From: Giardia intestinalis
Lineage: Eukaryota
NCBI GenBank assembly: GCA_000002435.2
Contig: CM018792.1
Direction: 5' to 3' (one strand)
Length of the DNA stretch: 64,000 bases
Within the stretch, counting starts at the first letter, position 1, and each line of letters begins with the position of its first letter. Below the pieces are notes generated by a model. It saw nothing but the letters and a program-made list of their open reading frames with translations, ran no database searches and was not told the origin of the DNA. The position numbers were made by a program, and so were the translations under genes. Positions 19,501 through 28,158 of the stretch are shown one piece after another.

Positions 19501-21637
19501 CGTGGTTGATCATCTTTAGTGATACTGTACTAAGATCGACAACAGGGAGTTCAGATGACATAACATCGGAGATGCCCACAAGGGTGCCTACAGCGGTAGG
19601 AGCATCCTCCACCCGAGAGTCTATGTTTTCTATGTTAGAAGTAAGCGTTGCAACCACATTGGATGGGTCTTTAGCTGGTAGGTTTGGCATGCAAAAGGAT
19701 CCGTAATGATGCTTGCAAAATAGGTCCACAGGTCGGAACTGCATCTTAAGACTCAGAGGCACGGCAGCGTCGTTTTCAGATAGCTTGTCTAGTCCAGCAA
19801 TAACTATGTTGGTTGAATCGGACGAGACAAGGTCCTTGTAAGAAAATGTAAAGACGGTGTCTTCTACTGTGGTTACAATGACCCAGAGAGAGGTAATTGC
19901 AATTGCAGCAACGGCCACGCGGGTGGGGGTGACAATCTTATGACGGAGCTTCAACGCCATTTTATTGAATGTCTTGCTATGAACAAGCTCACAGATGTGA
20001 ACTTCAGCTGACTCAGTGGACCCAATGAATAAGTAATCTGACGACATGCTCATGGCAAGCACATTAGGGATGAATGGTGCGTTATATGCGCCAACAAGCT
20101 TCTTTCCATTGTAGAGAAATACATTATTCTGCCTGTAAACTCGATGGTCTGTCTTGACCATATCGTCGCGGAGCCCTGAAATGACTGCGGACGTGAATGA
20201 CCCTGGAGACGTAGCTGACCCGGATGTGCTGTTGGACCTAACGCAATCTGAAGATTGACTCCCAGGGGGTGCTGCCTTGCGCTTATCTGAAGGATAAGTT
20301 TTTTCCGGGCGTGGGGGTTGCGCTGTAGAAGTGGGTGTCTTCCCTCGGACGTGGGGCGGAGCAGTTGTTTCTTCAAGAATGGTAAAATTCAGAGAGGAGA
20401 TCATCGTACTGTTGGTGCTAGTAGTGCTAGTAGTGCTGAAAGTGCTGTTGGTAGCGTTGGCGCTTGCACTTCGAGCAGAAGCTCCCGTGGAGCACATGGA
20501 GAGGAAGTTCATTCCATAAATTACACAGAAGTGATACTGTTTCTGGTTCTTGCTGGACATCTCCTCATCTAGAATACTCCTTGCCAAGGCAGAAGCGATC
20601 AAGTTTCGCTCGCCAATCCTAAAGGACGGGTCCTGCTCCAGCAGAAGACCAATAGGATACACAGAGTACAGATAAGAGAACTCATTTTCTATATAGTTTC
20701 CTGATTCTTCTGCGTGAACCCGTAATCGTAGTACCTTGTCTTTGTAACAGAGAGTAAAGAGCTCGACTGCTGCCAGCCGTTTGTGAACAAATAGTATGAA
20801 AGAGTTCTGCTTAACATTTATCAGCGACTGATCACTGGCCATCTTCATGCTCCGCTGATCGACTAAAATCATATCTGGCTCTCTTATAATTTTATAGTGC
20901 ACGAGCACGTGCTGAGTCTCACTGTGCGGTTTAAGGTTTGGCGCAATTATTACGCCGCTCTTTGTCCTCCTGCTATACCCGACCATGTAGCCTGCTTGCA
21001 AGCAGTGGATGCGCGAAAAGTCCTGAAAGTCTAGCTTGTGGCGCGATAGTTTGGAAAGAATATCATGCTGATCCATCAAAAACGTAACGCCTTCCACTGT
21101 TACGCTCTTGGGGTGCCTTGCTGGAGGAGACATCTGTGTGGAGACAGTAGGGATCTTGCTTCCGCTTTTAGTGTCTGACACATTCACCTCAACCGAGAAT
21201 TGGTTAAGTGGCACCTTGAAGAACCACAGATCGACGCCATCTGTCCCCAGAATATACATGGTCTCAGAAATAATGACTGATGAGTTTAGGCCTAGAAGTT
21301 CTACTATCTCTATACTCCCGAGAGAGTACTGATCATTGTGAAGCTCAATGAGAAAGTCCCTGTCGGACAGAGGTGTAAACACGAGAGAGGAAGAAGGAGA
21401 AGGCGTGTGAGATGCACGAGCATCGCTTGACACATCTTCCTGAAGACCTAAAGTTGGAGTGACTGCTCTGAGAAATAGCTTATTGGATGAAAAGTATGCC
21501 ATGAAGGGGAGATGCTTATAAGTAGCACTGCCAGTCACCGGAATCTGCACGAGATATATGCTTTTCTTAATGTCCTTATACATATCTTGGAGAAGAGTTT
21601 CCGACCGTCTGCTCAAGATGCCTGCCACAACAGCCAT
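16526..21637 (-). CDS. Large hypothetical protein of about 1,703 aa, with a possible beta-propeller-like N-terminal region and an internal Ser/Thr-rich low-complexity tract
   Basis: The ORF is continuous. The track start at 21664 is GTG, and the first ATG is at 21635-21637. An S/T/N-rich stretch (SASANATNSTFSTTSTTSTNST) is encoded around 20380-20470. No family is confidently recognised. Confidence 0.65.
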   Translation of the reverse strand: MAVVAGILSRRSETLLQDMYKDIKKSIYLVQIPVTGSATYKHLPFMAYFSSNKLFLRAVTPTLGLQEDVSSDARASHTPSPSSSLVFTPLSDRDFLIELHNDQYSLGSIEIVELLGLNSSVIISETMYILGTDGVDLWFFKVPLNQFSVEVNVSDTKSGSKIPTVSTQMSPPARHPKSVTVEGVTFLMDQHDILSKLSRHKLDFQDFSRIHCLQAGYMVGYSRRTKSGVIIAPNLKPHSETQHVLVHYKIIREPDMILVDQRSMKMASDQSLINVKQNSFILFVHKRLAAVELFTLCYKDKVLRLRVHAEESGNYIENEFSYLYSVYPIGLLLEQDPSFRIGERNLIASALARSILDEEMSSKNQKQYHFCVIYGMNFLSMCSTGASARSASANATNSTFSTTSTTSTNSTMISSLNFTILEETTAPPHVRGKTPTSTAQPPRPEKTYPSDKRKAAPPGSQSSDCVRSNSTSGSATSPGSFTSAVISGLRDDMVKTDHRVYRQNNVFLYNGKKLVGAYNAPFIPNVLAMSMSSDYLFIGSTESAEVHICELVHSKTFNKMALKLRHKIVTPTRVAVAAIAITSLWVIVTTVEDTVFTFSYKDLVSSDSTNIVIAGLDKLSENDAAVPLSLKMQFRPVDLFCKHHYGSFCMPNLPAKDPSNVVATLTSNIENIDSRVEDAPTAVGTLVGISDVMSSELPVVDLSTVSLKMINHVDQGQDQSSVEQLELEANKLAPDLAGTVAVTESHLDNMLKAELESLRTEIAPKDGASSLDIGSVGTTPFDHPPDPSLQVREPYPDTCTAEALSNTTHRIALDLGSDYNNNQYYLASSIINATDGTKQSTPFLLDNSDISPLEIKNLKINGFVSKEPTDIECKVLDKIINNHIRSSGRPREFYLEVELHILERLFKYCINFYAAFLILELWCYYITSRDGHLPGYYLTSHPLKHSEHQAEPVSSILYTFEVDVANNHSTICKMLEVCILPSPDKAFIDELLKSAAPSGELYGTMPENVDDEESNGRRCEMNSEEFKFYQIGLIARLLLSLYQEFQKQVATDIVDKSFNSKFDLKLLREVIDEASQFTVGFRPSQRLTELQDMLEEQLSKVLVWTSSIQSYFLRTSVFSKGESFERHAEVADLSNILRDLVPSKYLDWDLLSKIYFLDSRVKTLLSNMHDIANMQSEAIQNLMLQLNDTQHQHELASRSHSSVFSSLATSRFMGHSMVAGSRAILSSQLMASQQNNTVYLPTGATLQTAIDHPLTLSDVNHSINTAIDRPLTASGGRKIAVDRRELKRLPEEFVNELDTFEDITSKIPILEPHSFVGTTLVSPEKFSGARSEREKIMHLKSPVMPAGRSITDSLIMSLKGTQPFSRRSTKSVPVFSQPKDGVLLLSNLTRSGSALGPIHNYNQEDNVDGSGNEFVAAAPAMVLTANLSADSINDSCINPPVSIEERLRKLLFDRKVDLSHMTYRSGGTSESDGEPPLQKPAQQDPSIRTRSLVSLGGRSTRSSGSFGSESSISLEDMLTYSLVEKMNAQEKMKLMATIAHNSGTTIEDINELILQTMNEIDIYYASNRFLEDIRNAANAIVPNSDLATLILLGANPEQLTAEDAVHGTLQDLAKFRSVEMARLEAGKASAESSEQRKERGGMFTRMISVIRGAFGRRSRAILSVESQGKSLILSSTRPQAIPTTTSEKTDRVAHTLGISSLRQ

Positions 21638-21895
21638 TGAGCCGTCCGGTTTAATAAATGACACCCAAAATCTCCATTTTTTGAATTGTTAATCTGGTAT
21701 GCCATGAAGTGAAGCTACAGAACATGATGATATAATTTATTCTACCTTGTACTTTATCATCTAGCGCCTTTGGTATCAAAATCTGAGAGCAAAAGCACGC
21801 AAGAGTCTAGGCTCTTCTGGGAAGTCAAGTATGGTTGCATACATAAGTGGTGTTGAGCCTCAACTGTCATGCATGGAGAGCTCAATCAGTAGCAG

Positions 21896-22627
21896 CTATA
21901 CACATCCTACGTGACCATGGCTCAAAGCGGGCATGAACGCCGTTGCACCAGATAGGTCTTGTATCCCTACTTCACACAAAAGCTGAAGAACATAGTCGGC
22001 TCAGCCCGCAGAAGCTGCCATCATCAGCGCAGAGCGACCTCTGAAGCCCAAGCCAGCATCTTCCATATACTGCTCAACGCTCTGAAACTCTTCGTTTCGA
22101 ACAGCCGTCATAAGCAACGTCTCACCATAAGTATCTTTTCCTATGCGCAGAGGTAGATTATATTGGATTTTGCTCGCAACTGAGTACTGACAGAGTACCG
22201 GTGATGACTTGATTCTCCTAGAATTGCACGCAAAGTGCAGGGATTCGGTTGCAGCTGAACTGGTGGCAATGCTTGAAATACCGTCACGGAGTAAATCTAC
22301 ATTGTCTTGGACAGTAAGGTTCAGTACCTCTTTCTGCGTAAGCTCTGCGTAAGCATGGATTGCACGACGAACATCGAAGAAGTAAGTACAACACGAGGAA
22401 CCATGCCTCTTATTCCAGAGACACACTGACGAGTCTAGATCATCTGCGCTAGTAGACAGCTTGGTATAAGAGAGGTTACGGCTGGATGACCTCCAGTTGC
22501 ATGTTGCGGATTGATTGGAGAATGAATGGATAAGTGAGTGGAAGATAGAAGCTCTGATTCTGCAGAGGCACGTGGCGGCGGCGTCCCACAGCCGTCCTAG
22601 ATGAGCTCCTGCACCAGTCGTTCTCAC
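21896..22627 (-). pseudogene. Probable decayed ankyrin-repeat (21.1-like) gene remnant
   Basis: ORF 22001-22627 starts with GTG. It ends in two ankyrin-type repeats (GETLLMTAVRNEEF...GRSALMMAASAG) followed by TGA at 22001-22003. The same frame then continues the repeat pattern (ADYVLQLLCEVGIQDLSGATAFMPALSHGHV) for 35 more codons to TAG at 21896-21898. There is no in-frame ATG until about 33 codons before the TGA. Confidence 0.4.
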
Positions 22628-22837
22628 GCTACTACCTATCTACAGACGCACATCTGTCGTGATACCGTGCAATATACTAATAACACGGGTTGCCACCTGT
22701 CTGGACCAACTGGATTGAGTTAACAAACAAGTAATCAGACCCATCGTGTTGTCGTCTCAACAAGGGAATCGGTGGAGGCTTCAACAGGACGCGTGGCATG
22801 CTCATCAGTCGTTGCCAATTAAGTTACTTAAAACCAA

Positions 22838-23368
22838 ATGGCCACTCCATCGGCGGAAAAGGCAGACACACTCAAGGAAACAGTGGATTATGTGACAGAG
22901 GCGATTAAGCAATTAGAGATGGAGCAGGAGCAAGTCGCAAATGACAAGCACCCAGAGTTTCAGCGCCTACTTGCGACTTTGGATGCCACACGTCTTCGCC
23001 TCTTGTCCATAGCAGAGATACAGTATCAGCTATCTATTCAGCATGCTAAGCACACCATGGAGTATACAAAAGCGCAAATTGAGGCCGATTTCCTCGTCGC
23101 CAGGGACGATGTAAAAGACAAGCTCTACAATGATCTGCGGAGACGCCGGAAGGAAATCAAGGATCTGATAGACAAATTAGCTCAGCACGGGGTCTCGGTT
23201 GAGCAGGAGTTAGTTGACAAGCTTGACACGCGTTTTCCTGCACGAAAGAGGACCCGTGAAAATTCGCGGTCCCAGCGCCCAGAGTTCAACCTCAAGCTCT
23301 CTGAGCACGAGATCCGCGAGGACACCGTGTACATCCAGTCCTTGCGACAGGAGAACTCTAGTAAATAA
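22838..23368 (+). CDS. Small coiled-coil protein of 176 aa, hypothetical
   Basis: ATG confirmed, with an AT-rich leader (aattaagttacttaaaaccaa). The sequence is charged and heptad-like. AGTAAAT overlaps the TAA stop at 23360-23368. Confidence 0.6.
   Translation: MATPSAEKADTLKETVDYVTEAIKQLEMEQEQVANDKHPEFQRLLATLDATRLRLLSIAEIQYQLSIQHAKHTMEYTKAQIEADFLVARDDVKDKLYNDLRRRRKEIKDLIDKLAQHGVSVEQELVDKLDTRFPARKRTRENSRSQRPEFNLKLSEHEIREDTVYIQSLRQENSSK
23360..23366 (+). promoter_or_regulatory. AGTAAAT polyadenylation-signal-like element overlapping the stop codon of the 22838-23368 gene
   Basis: The sequence ctctAGTAAATAAcag matches the Giardia AGTRAAY consensus. Confidence 0.4.
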
Positions 23369-23378
23369 CAGAGCAGAT

Positions 23379-23774
23379 TCACTTTATGCTCATGGCGATC
23401 CTCTTCATGGCCATCTTGCGCTCCCTTCTGAGCTTGGCAATCTTGCCCATGTCCTCGAACGTCGCCTTAGCACGGAGACGCTGCTGCTGAATCTTCTTGC
23501 CCCAGACGGAGTTCATGAACGTGTCGATGGCAGGAGATGCTTCTATCTCTTTCTTAAGCTGCTCTGTCGTCGGCTTTTCAGAGATGTTTATCACCTGGTC
23601 CGTGAGCATGGCCCATCGGAGGGAAACGACCTGGCGCTTGACGCCCGTTGTGGGACCATCGATCAGGACTGCCGCTGTGCTCAGGATGTCCACTATGACC
23701 GCCAGCTTCCCCTTATCGGGCCCGTCGCCGAGATAAACGAGCCTTCCCGCCTCCACAAACCTATGGTAGGACAT
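23379..23774 (-). CDS. RPL14: Ribosomal protein L14e
   Basis: The second codon is the ATG at 23772-23774; the first codon in the track is TTG. The product reads SYHRFVEAGRLVYLGDGPDKGKLAVIVDILSTAAVLIDGPTTGVKRQ..., and the KOW-like N-terminus and basic tail match eL14. Confidence 0.85.
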   Translation of the reverse strand: MSYHRFVEAGRLVYLGDGPDKGKLAVIVDILSTAAVLIDGPTTGVKRQVVSLRWAMLTDQVINISEKPTTEQLKKEIEASPAIDTFMNSVWGKKIQQQRLRAKATFEDMGKIAKLRRERKMAMKRIAMSIK

Positions 23775-23839
23775 CAAGAAAATTCATTTTGAATACTTTT
23801 TAAAATCAGGCAAACATGATCATTTACAAAAGGCCCCAC

Positions 23840-24232
23840 TCAGATCTCGTAGTCGTGGATGTTGTCCATGTGGAGTGGAAACACCCACTCGCGGGAGGCG
23901 ATGTGTAGAAAAGCGTATCCGACAAACGTACAACTGAGAAACAGCCCAGCGATGACGCTCCGAGAGTTATGATAGTTTGCAGCAGCAACCCCCGTCACGG
24001 TAGTAACAGTCACAGCGCAGAGTAGCACATAAAGAAGCTTCTGGTGGTGTGTGTAGCGCGTAATGAGACAGTACAGGAAGCATAGCGCACATATGGCCGC
24101 CTGGCCCTGGACGATGGAGGCAAGCTTCCGATCCAAGGCTGTATGGCGGCCGAAGAGCAGGGGGAGGGCTTTGCGAATGGCGTCCATCATATATTTTTTG
24201 TGCAGATGACTCGCCGCCACGTGTTTACTCAT
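23840..24232 (-). CDS. Small predicted multi-pass membrane protein, hypothetical
   Basis: The track start at 24253 is TTG, and the first ATG is at 24230-24232. Alternative ATGs exist at MMDAIRK near 24190. Three hydrophobic helices are visible (AAICALCFLYCLI; LLYVLLCAVTVTTVTGVAA; VIAGLFLSCTFVGYAFL). The start overlaps the RPS20 stop by 8 nt. Confidence 0.45.
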   Translation of the reverse strand: MSKHVAASHLHKKYMMDAIRKALPLLFGRHTALDRKLASIVQGQAAICALCFLYCLITRYTHHQKLLYVLLCAVTVTTVTGVAAANYHNSRSVIAGLFLSCTFVGYAFLHIASREWVFPLHMDNIHDYEI

Positions 24233-24605
24233 TATCCGGCTCTTCCACCTCAACGGTTACCTGGATCCCAGGTATGACCACTGTCTTGGACAAAATTGTG
24301 CTAATGTCATTCCCTCCGCAGGTAACCCAGAATGTGCGCTTGTACATGCGTAGCTCAAAACGGTGCCAGGTGTTGGTGCCCTCTCCGCACGGGGATTTTC
24401 GGGTTGTAATGGTCAGCCTCCTGACTGGGGCGCGGCACGGGCCAGATATCCCAAACGCTCTGCCCTCCTTCACTATGCTCTTGACGTACCTCTCGACCAG
24501 CTTAAGGTCCTTCCCGACCACAATGATGGTGTACTTCTGGTGCATATCCTTTCCATCCTTGTGATCTGCAAGATTCACGCCTCCAGTCGACACGCTCTCT
24601 GCCAT
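24225..24605 (-). CDS. RPS20: Ribosomal protein S20 (uS10)
   Basis: ATG confirmed at 24603-24605. LTITTRKSPCGEGTNTWHRFELRMYKR matches the eukaryotic uS10 core [20 protein letters not shown]. Confidence 0.85.
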   Translation of the reverse strand: MAESVSTGGVNLADHKDGKDMHQKYTIIVVGKDLKLVERYVKSIVKEGRAFGISGPCRAPVRRLTITTRKSPCGEGTNTWHRFELRMYKRTFWVTCGGNDISTILSKTVVIPGIQVTVEVEEPDNE

Positions 24606-24683
24606 AGCCTCGGTGGCCGCGTTTTCGTACTTAAAGAATTCATTTTAATTCTGTTAAATTTTTGTTTAATGACCACCACGAGC

Positions 24684-27566
24684 CTATGACAATAAACGTA
24701 TAAATGCGTCCCGCAGTTGAGGGTTGGTAGAGCCAGAGTACCTTTTAAGCCTCTCCAAAGCAGAAAGACCGCGAGTGTCCTCTAGGGCTTTTTCCCGTGG
24801 TGCTAGGATCTCTGCACACTCAAAGTTCTGGAACTCTACAGCATAGATTAGGGCTGTGCAGTTGTCGTCTTGTGCGTTTTGGACTCCTGCTTCATATGGA
24901 GCTAACAGCCTCACCATAGTTACGTCTCCTGCTACCGCTGCCCACATAAGCGCGGTGTACCCCTTGCCATCTTGGCGCCTCTTTTCGTGGTCTATCAGGA
25001 GAAGGCAGCATTCCACATTGCCGTTCTTAGCTGCGCGTATCAACGCTGTTTCACCCTTCTTGTTGTGGAGGCCTGCCTCTGTCGTGCACAGCAGTTTTAC
25101 TGCGGAGAGGTTGTTGTTGGAAACTGCGTGAATAAGAGACGTGTTGCCATCCTCATCCTTTTCACGGCTTTGGTACGGCAAAAGGCAAAAGATTTTCAGT
25201 ACATCCCCCTCTATTGCATACCTCATCATCTCCGTGCGCGGGCCTTTCCGAGATGTGCCACTTTCTGTAATATTAGTGGGCATCTGTGTTATGTTCTGAA
25301 CATCACAGTAGCTAGACTCCAGGCCCCGGAGAAGCTCTGCTGTCTCGAAATGCTCACTCCGTAGCGCTAGTATTAGAGCTGTATCCCCGTTGTCTAAACA
25401 CATCCCACACTCCAGAGGCGCAAGTATCGAGACAGCACCCTTATTATCTCTTTCACAGGCAAACATAAGAGCCGTGTAGCCGTTAGTTAAGGCACACCCT
25501 GCATATTCCATGTGTCGAGGTATGTCATGGTTATGCCGAAAGAGAACAGCGTCCATCAAGGGTGTATGTGTCGACCACCTTTTAGAGGATGCCCTATTCT
25601 TCGATGCAATCAGCATCCATTCATCTAAAGGCGACCTGGCGTCTTCTCTCTCATGATTGGGAGTAGTGTCCAGCATTCTCCGCGTACCTCTGGGCCCTGG
25701 TGAGGGCTGTACCTTTGGTGATTGAGTAGCAGGAGGTCTGATGTTGGAAGATTTCAGCCTCGTACTGGTATGGACTACGGACCGTGTTGGTGTTGGCAAT
25801 GTGTGGGCCCTTTCTATGGGCCTGGAGACTTGTGGGGTGCCTGGACTTGCCTTGCTCCCTCTGCCTCTGGAGAGTACGCTGTTCTCTGAGAGAGGTGATG
25901 CGATTGACCTCCGAATCGGAGTAGATGATTTTGGTTTGCTAGTTGTCACTCCCAACGTATTCTGCGGAGTATTCTGCAACAGAATTCCTGGGTTCAATAC
26001 GTGTGGAGACCGTATCAAATTATCCACCGTTGTGTTACACAAAGATATAGAGTTTTCATAACTTTGGATAGTTCTTTTCAACTCTTCATTTTGCCGTGTC
26101 AGCGCCTTTATTTGCTCATCCCTTTGTGTTATATTGGCTTGCAGTGAGCTAATAAGCTGTGCTTGCTGTACGCATTTTTGTGATATCACGTCTATCTCAT
26201 GTAGTCTATTTTGTTCTAGTGACATCTCTGTGGAGTCTGCATCGCTCTGTCTTGAGTACACACTGCTATTTCGATTAGGTGTGATGCTGTCTGCTCTCTC
26301 TGTGATGTGGATTGATGGAAGTTCAGACTTCACCAGTTGCTGTGCCGCCGCAAGCAATGTGGAAAGGTTTTCAAAAGGTGCGGACTGGCACAGCACGGCA
26401 ATCTCTTCTCCTAGTGAAGCATTAATAGCTCGGAGAGATGCATTTTCCTTTTGAAGTGTCTCTCTTTCAACACCGTGAGCCTTTGTGATTTCAGCCATCT
26501 TCACCTCCAAATTCTCTATTTTGGACACGAAGATTGTCGCTTGCTCTTCATTCTGACGCTGCTGTGCTTCTAGCTCACGCTGCCGGGCAGCTACTTCTGT
26601 TCGGAGGGCTTCGATATTGCTATTCTTCTCCGCCATCTGGGCCTCTGTGAATATTGGATAGAGCGTTTGGATGTGCTCATTTTTGTTGTGTACTGCAGAG
26701 TCACGAATGCAGCCGAGTAAGTCGGCATTGGTTTGTCGAGGTTCTGGTGTTGCAAATCTGTCAGAACAGCGGGGCCTGTGGGGCTCGTGAATAGTGGCAT
26801 CGTGACCAGAAATGTTGCTACTAGATTCGCTGGTTACCAGCTGAGCACTTTGAAGAAAAGACAATGAGTAAGTATCCTCTTCAATCCCCGAAAGTTGGCA
26901 AGTGGAGGTGGGGTCGGGGTGGGCAGTGCCCCTGCAAGGCTGCTGCTCTACAGTCGAAGCATCCCAAATGCTAACATTGGGGGTCAAGGAGAGCTCTAAG
27001 CCATGGTTCTGGTTAGACTCTGTCACACAGATCTCTTGGTTGGTGGCCAGGCTTTCTGATTTTAAAGACTGCTTTTTCACTTCACAGTGTACCCCTCTAG
27101 TACTTAGTTCGTGTAGAATAAGGTGCTGGATGGGCTCAGATGTTGTAGGGATCATGCGGTCGTACACACATTGAAGATCTTCGAGAGCCAGGCCAGGATG
27201 CCGGAGAAGAATCCTTAAGGACGGTACATCCTCTCGTTGGACAGCGATATCCAGGGCTGTTAGCCCTGCTTTGGTATGTCGAATACTCGTGTAAGCCAAC
27301 AGAAGTGCCAAGGCCTTACATGCTCCAGATTGAGCAGCAAATATGAGGGCATCTTCATTGTTATCCGTGCAGACATCAACCTCTGAAGGTATCAAAATGC
27401 TCGCGAGATTGGCATTGTTCATTCGGCACGCAATCATGAGTGCGGTTTCTCCTGCCTCTGTGCGGGTTCTAGCATGAATTTTTATCATTTCACTCACAAG
27501 TGAGATGTCGCCGCACTTAACTGCGTTGAACCAATCGTGCTGGGCCGGATCTAAAGGAGCATCCAT
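24684..27566 (-). CDS. Ankyrin-repeat protein (21.1 type) with a central coiled-coil region
   Basis: The track start at 27608 is TTG, and the ATG is at 27564-27566, giving the typical 21.1 N-terminus MDAPLDPAQHDWFNAVKCGDISLV. Ankyrin repeats occur at both ends (ETALMIAC, TALILAL, YTALMWAAVAG). The middle is long and heptad-rich (EAQQRQNEEQ..., LEEQ...). Confidence 0.75.
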   Translation of the reverse strand: MDAPLDPAQHDWFNAVKCGDISLVSEMIKIHARTRTEAGETALMIACRMNNANLASILIPSEVDVCTDNNEDALIFAAQSGACKALALLLAYTSIRHTKAGLTALDIAVQREDVPSLRILLRHPGLALEDLQCVYDRMIPTTSEPIQHLILHELSTRGVHCEVKKQSLKSESLATNQEICVTESNQNHGLELSLTPNVSIWDASTVEQQPCRGTAHPDPTSTCQLSGIEEDTYSLSFLQSAQLVTSESSSNISGHDATIHEPHRPRCSDRFATPEPRQTNADLLGCIRDSAVHNKNEHIQTLYPIFTEAQMAEKNSNIEALRTEVAARQRELEAQQRQNEEQATIFVSKIENLEVKMAEITKAHGVERETLQKENASLRAINASLGEEIAVLCQSAPFENLSTLLAAAQQLVKSELPSIHITERADSITPNRNSSVYSRQSDADSTEMSLEQNRLHEIDVISQKCVQQAQLISSLQANITQRDEQIKALTRQNEELKRTIQSYENSISLCNTTVDNLIRSPHVLNPGILLQNTPQNTLGVTTSKPKSSTPIRRSIASPLSENSVLSRGRGSKASPGTPQVSRPIERAHTLPTPTRSVVHTSTRLKSSNIRPPATQSPKVQPSPGPRGTRRMLDTTPNHEREDARSPLDEWMLIASKNRASSKRWSTHTPLMDAVLFRHNHDIPRHMEYAGCALTNGYTALMFACERDNKGAVSILAPLECGMCLDNGDTALILALRSEHFETAELLRGLESSYCDVQNITQMPTNITESGTSRKGPRTEMMRYAIEGDVLKIFCLLPYQSREKDEDGNTSLIHAVSNNNLSAVKLLCTTEAGLHNKKGETALIRAAKNGNVECCLLLIDHEKRRQDGKGYTALMWAAVAGDVTMVRLLAPYEAGVQNAQDDNCTALIYAVEFQNFECAEILAPREKALEDTRGLSALERLKRYSGSTNPQLRDAFIRLLS

Positions 27567-28158
27567 AAGAAATTTTAGAGCGTGCCCGGAAATAATACTT
27601 AGACGCAATTTACATGTCTGCTTCAGCCACCAAGTTGTTCACATGCGCCAGGCAATTGTCTAGGGCACCCCTTGTCTTCGCAATAATGGTTATTTGGAGC
27701 TTCTCACCCTTACTCTCCCCCGGGCGAAGCACCGTAGCATCGAAGGCTTGGCTGAGATACTCAATTGTCTGTGCCTTAAGCAACTGGCGCTTGGCACTTG
27801 CAGAGAGATTGCTTATATCCAGCACAACTTGGGCTCCTGGAAGGTCGCAGATCCCAAGAGCCGCAGCCGTCCGCACTGCAGAATGATACTCGGGAGGTAA
27901 GGAATACTGGGCCGACAACGGGTATATGAAGTTTGGAGACAGAATGTGGAGAGTGGGGTGGAGTGATGGTTGTACCTCTTCTCTGCCATTCTCACTAGCT
28001 AAACCGGTGTTGCGTAGGTTCTTTATGTTAGCCAGGCCATGTCCCGTCCGTACTAGAGGAACAAATGGGGGGTGCTGGCCAAGTTTCTGTTGCGCTAAGT
28101 AGACTGTGTGTTAGTGTTTGCAGGTCCCTCCTTTTTTTGCTGTTTCCCCAACCTCAAA

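Noticed and set aside
21959-22156. Plus-strand 65-aa ORF
   Set aside because: Its start is TTG, and it lies inside the decayed ankyrin remnant region.
27610-27918. Minus-strand 102-aa ORF in the track (MSAQYSLPPEY...) as a protein-coding gene
   Set aside because: Its M is a TTG, and the frame has no ATG over 166 codons. It cannot be a conventional gene as written. It is kept as an ambiguous locus in the findings.
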